From assembly GCA_944332225.1 (NCBI GenBank), contig CALVJO010000004.1, positions 1,414-65,413 on the forward strand: DNA of 64,000 bases. Reading direction: 5' to 3'. The notes under the pieces were generated by a model, which saw only the letters and a program-made list of their open reading frames with translations, did not search any database and was not told where the DNA came from. How positions within the stretch are numbered: position 1 is the first letter of the stretch; every line of letters begins with the position of its first letter. This DNA comes from an uncultured Bacilli bacterium (GTDB lineage Bacteria; Bacillota_I; Bacilli_A; RFN20; CAG-449). Of the stretch, positions 61,678 through 64,000 are shown piece after piece. The translations under genes and the position numbers were made by a program.

Positions 61678-61786
61678 AATTTTTATTATACTTATAGAAG
61701 ATTTTTTTTCATTATCAGAGATGAAAATATTAAATATCTATTTTATTAATATTTAAAAATAGCTTATAATTTTAAAGAGGTAGACG

Positions 61787-62158
61787 ATGTCAAAATTATA
61801 TTTAAAACTTTCTCCAAATGAAATTAACTCAAAAGTCTTTCAAGGTAAAAATGGAGGATACGATTCTCTAGAAGTAGATAAATATCTAGATCTCGTGGTA
61901 TCTGATTATATTGCCTTTGAGCAATTTAAACTTGAAAACGATAAGATCGAGAAAGAAAATAATGAGCTAAAAAAATCCTTAGAAAACTATCGAGCAAAAA
62001 TATCTCAGCTGGAGTATGAAAACACTTCAATGAAGGAGAAAATCGATGCTTATAGTAAAAATGGAAATAATTTAGATAACATCGAACTTCTACAAAGAAT
62101 ATCTACTTTAGAACAAGAACTTTACAATTTAGGTAAAGATCCTTCTAAAATAAGATAA
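61787..62158 (+). CDS. gpsB: DivIVA-domain protein GpsB-like
   Basis: N-terminal DivIVA motif FQGKNGGYDSLEVDKYLDLVVSDY. C-terminal coiled coil. Sits immediately upstream of rnpB, as B. subtilis gpsB (ypsB) does. Confidence 0.7.
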   Translation: MSKLYLKLSPNEINSKVFQGKNGGYDSLEVDKYLDLVVSDYIAFEQFKLENDKIEKENNELKKSLENYRAKISQLEYENTSMKEKIDAYSKNGNNLDNIELLQRISTLEQELYNLGKDPSKIR

Positions 62159-62165
62159 TATATTA

Positions 62166-62505
62166 TTCGTTGACCTGGATAATTGCTGGTAGAAATACTA
62201 GAGGAAAGTCCATGCTCGCACGATCTGAGATGATCGTAGTGATTGCGCTAGAGGAAAAAGTAACTCTAGGTAGATGGGAGCATCTAACGGCGGACAGTAG
62301 CCTAAATCTATGACATGGCGAAAGTCCTGAAAGTGCCACAGTGACGGAGTTGAATAGAAATATTCAAGTGGAACGCGGTAAACCCCACAAGCGAGAAACC
62401 TAAATTTGGTAAGGGAAGAACCTGAGCGAATTCAAGCATATGGTTCATGCAATGCATAGATAAATAATTATCCTCGACAAAACATGGCTTACAGGGTCAA
62501 CTACT
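62166..62505 (+). ncRNA. rnpB: RNase P RNA, bacterial type B
   Basis: GAGGAAAGTCCATGCTCGCAC..., GAAAGTGCCACAGTGACGGAG, GTGGAACGCGGTAAACCCCACAAGCGAGAAACCTAAATTTGG and AAAACATGGCTTACAG blocks match B. subtilis rnpB nearly residue for residue. P1 pairing GTTGACC (62169-62175) with GGTCAAC (62495-62501). Ends are approximate, +/-5 nt. Confidence 0.9.
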
Positions 62506-62522
62506 CAATCTTAGGAGAACAC

Positions 62523-63116
62523 ATGAATTTACCAAACAAAATCACCACATTTAGAATGATCTGCGTCGTATTTGTCGTCGCATTTTTATTGATACCTATT
62601 GAGTATCCTATCATCCCTTATTTAAATATCGGAGTTAACTATTTAGTTGCTTGGATCATATTTTTACTAGCGTCTATTTCTGATATGTTAGATGGTAAGA
62701 TTGCTCGAAAATATAATTTAGTTACTGATTATGGAAAATTAATGGATCCGATCGCTGATAAATTATTGGTAAATTCTTGTTTAATAATATTCACGATTAT
62801 TGGAAATATCAAAATACCAGTAATCTGCACGGTGTTAATGATTGGTAGAGATATAATAGTTGATGCGATTAGAATGAATGCTGCAAGCAAGAATATAGTC
62901 CTTCCAGCAAATATCTTTGGAAAATTAAAAACTGTATTTCAAATGGTAGCTTTAATTTTCATCATGATTAATGATTTTGGCTTATCTGATTTAGCTCAAT
63001 TACCTGAATATTTAAAGATTGGTCAATTATTAATATATCTAGCCACATTCATGTCTGTTCTTTCTGGAATTATATATATTTATCAAAATCGTGAGATGTT
63101 TAAGCAAACTAAGTAG
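62523..63116 (+). CDS. pgsA: CDP-diacylglycerol--glycerol-3-phosphate 3-phosphatidyltransferase PgsA
   Basis: Start moved to ATG 62523 (MNLPNKITTFRMI..., RBS AGGAGA). The track start 62484 lies inside the conserved rnpB 3' end. CDP-alcohol phosphatidyltransferase motif DMLDGKIARKYNLVTDYGKLMDPIADK. Confidence 0.85.
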   Translation: MNLPNKITTFRMICVVFVVAFLLIPIEYPIIPYLNIGVNYLVAWIIFLLASISDMLDGKIARKYNLVTDYGKLMDPIADKLLVNSCLIIFTIIGNIKIPVICTVLMIGRDIIVDAIRMNAASKNIVLPANIFGKLKTVFQMVALIFIMINDFGLSDLAQLPEYLKIGQLLIYLATFMSVLSGIIYIYQNREMFKQTK

Positions 63117-63122
63117 GTTAAT

Positions 63123-63602
63123 ATGCTGTCTGATTTAGAAAAATATCAAGATTTACTATATGAATGTTTGAAAAAGCATCATTTAACAATCTCTTCTAGC
63201 GAATCATTCACCGGAGGATTATTCGCTTCTACCTTAGTTTCTATAAGTGGAATCTCTGAATTTTTTGTTGGTAGCGCGGTTACTTATTCTGCTCAGGCTA
63301 AACACGATGTTATAAATGTTAGCCAAGAAACCTTAAAGACCTACGGAGCCATCTCTAAAGAATGTGCTCAAGAAATGTGCCTAGGAACTAAAAAATTATT
63401 TAAAACTGACATAGCTATATCTTTTACCGGGAATGCTGGACCGACAGGAGATGAGAATAAAAAGATTGGTTTAGCTTATATAGGTACCATGATAAAAGAT
63501 GAAATTGTTGTTAAAGAGTATAATTTTAAAGGTGATAGAAACCAAATTAGACTCGATGCGGTTATCGAAGCGATGAAAGCGATAATTGATATGTTAAATT
63601 AA
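63123..63602 (+). CDS. cinA: CinA C-terminal domain protein (nicotinamide-nucleotide amidohydrolase PncC-like)
   Basis: ...SSESFTGGLFASTLVSISGISEFFVGSAVTYS... matches the CinA_C signature SCTGGL...GAS. Conserved pgsA-cinA-recA order. Confidence 0.8.
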   Translation: MLSDLEKYQDLLYECLKKHHLTISSSESFTGGLFASTLVSISGISEFFVGSAVTYSAQAKHDVINVSQETLKTYGAISKECAQEMCLGTKKLFKTDIAISFTGNAGPTGDENKKIGLAYIGTMIKDEIVVKEYNFKGDRNQIRLDAVIEAMKAIIDMLN

Positions 63603-63647
63603 AAATATTTTGATTATTAGGGTATATATATTTATAGGAGTGAAAAT

Positions 63648-64000
63648 ATGGTTGAAAAAACAAAACAAGAAAAATTAACTCAAACCTTAAACGCGATTGA
63701 AAAAGTTTATGGTAAAGGTTCGGTAATGAAGCTAGGCGATAAACCTAATTTAGATGTTGATGTCATCCCATCTGGTTCCATTTGTTTAGACGCTTGCCTT
63801 GGAATCGGGGGATATCCAAAAGGTAGAATCATCGAAATTTATGGACCTGAATCATCAGGTAAAACTACTTTAGCTTTAACAGCCATCAGCGAATGCCAAA
63901 AAAAAGGTGGTCAAGCAGCGTTTGTTGATGCAGAGCACGCCATTGATCCAATCTACGCATCTAAGTTAGGAGTTAATATCGATGAATTAATTTTATCGCA
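63648..64000 (+). CDS. recA: Recombinase RecA (N-terminal part; continues beyond window end)
   Basis: [19 protein letters not shown]...[18 protein letters not shown] (Walker A) ...[36 protein letters not shown]. Confidence 0.95.
   Translation, partial: MVEKTKQEKLTQTLNAIEKVYGKGSVMKLGDKPNLDVDVIPSGSICLDACLGIGGYPKGRIIEIYGPESSGKTTLALTAISECQKKGGQAAFVDAEHAIDPIYASKLGVNIDELILS

Overview
This is an AT-rich bacterial chromosomal window that uses the standard genetic code. UGA acts as a stop codon (e.g. sufB, the C92 amidase gene, and the response-regulator/kinase ATGA overlap). Gene content and synteny are Firmicutes/Tenericutes-like: sufCDSUB, mnmG-rsmG-ung, dnaD-nth, recU, gpsB-rnpB-pgsA-cinA-recA, ligA, htpG with a CIRCE operator, and a type-B RNase P RNA.

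Several features are Mollicutes-like. There are many lipoproteins with L-A-[SA]-C-G-G lipoboxes. The Opp oligopeptide permease has a 922-aa OppA and large insertions in OppC, OppD and OppF. recU is not paired with ponA. By inference, the source is an anaerobic, probably wall-less Acholeplasma/Izemoplasma/Anaeroplasma-like organism, or a close low-GC relative. This cannot be proven from the sequence alone.

The window contains several notable systems:
- A membrane-anchored GH3 glycosidase, a tandem Big/CBM6-like surface lipoprotein, and an AgrC-type histidine kinase with a LytTR response regulator.
- A complete [FeFe]-hydrogenase locus. A small [2Fe-2S] ferredoxin, a PAS-containing sensory hydrogenase (HydS-type) and a PP2C phosphatase sit directly upstream of a trimeric HydC/HydB/HydA enzyme of electron-bifurcating type.
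- A tRNA-Leu(CAA)-adjacent two-gene islet: a secreted, circularly permuted papain-like (YiiX/C92) amidase plus an 8-TM membrane protein.
- A THF riboswitch controlling an N-terminally extended ECF S-component (FolT-like).
- tRNA-Val(GAC), several Rho-independent terminators and a few sigma-A-like promoters.

No CRISPR array, IS element, integrase or phage gene was seen. Many short ORFs in the six-frame track lie inside real genes on the opposite strand or a shifted frame and are rejected. Several track starts use TTG/GTG upstream of a better ATG with a ribosome-binding site (RBS) and were adjusted.
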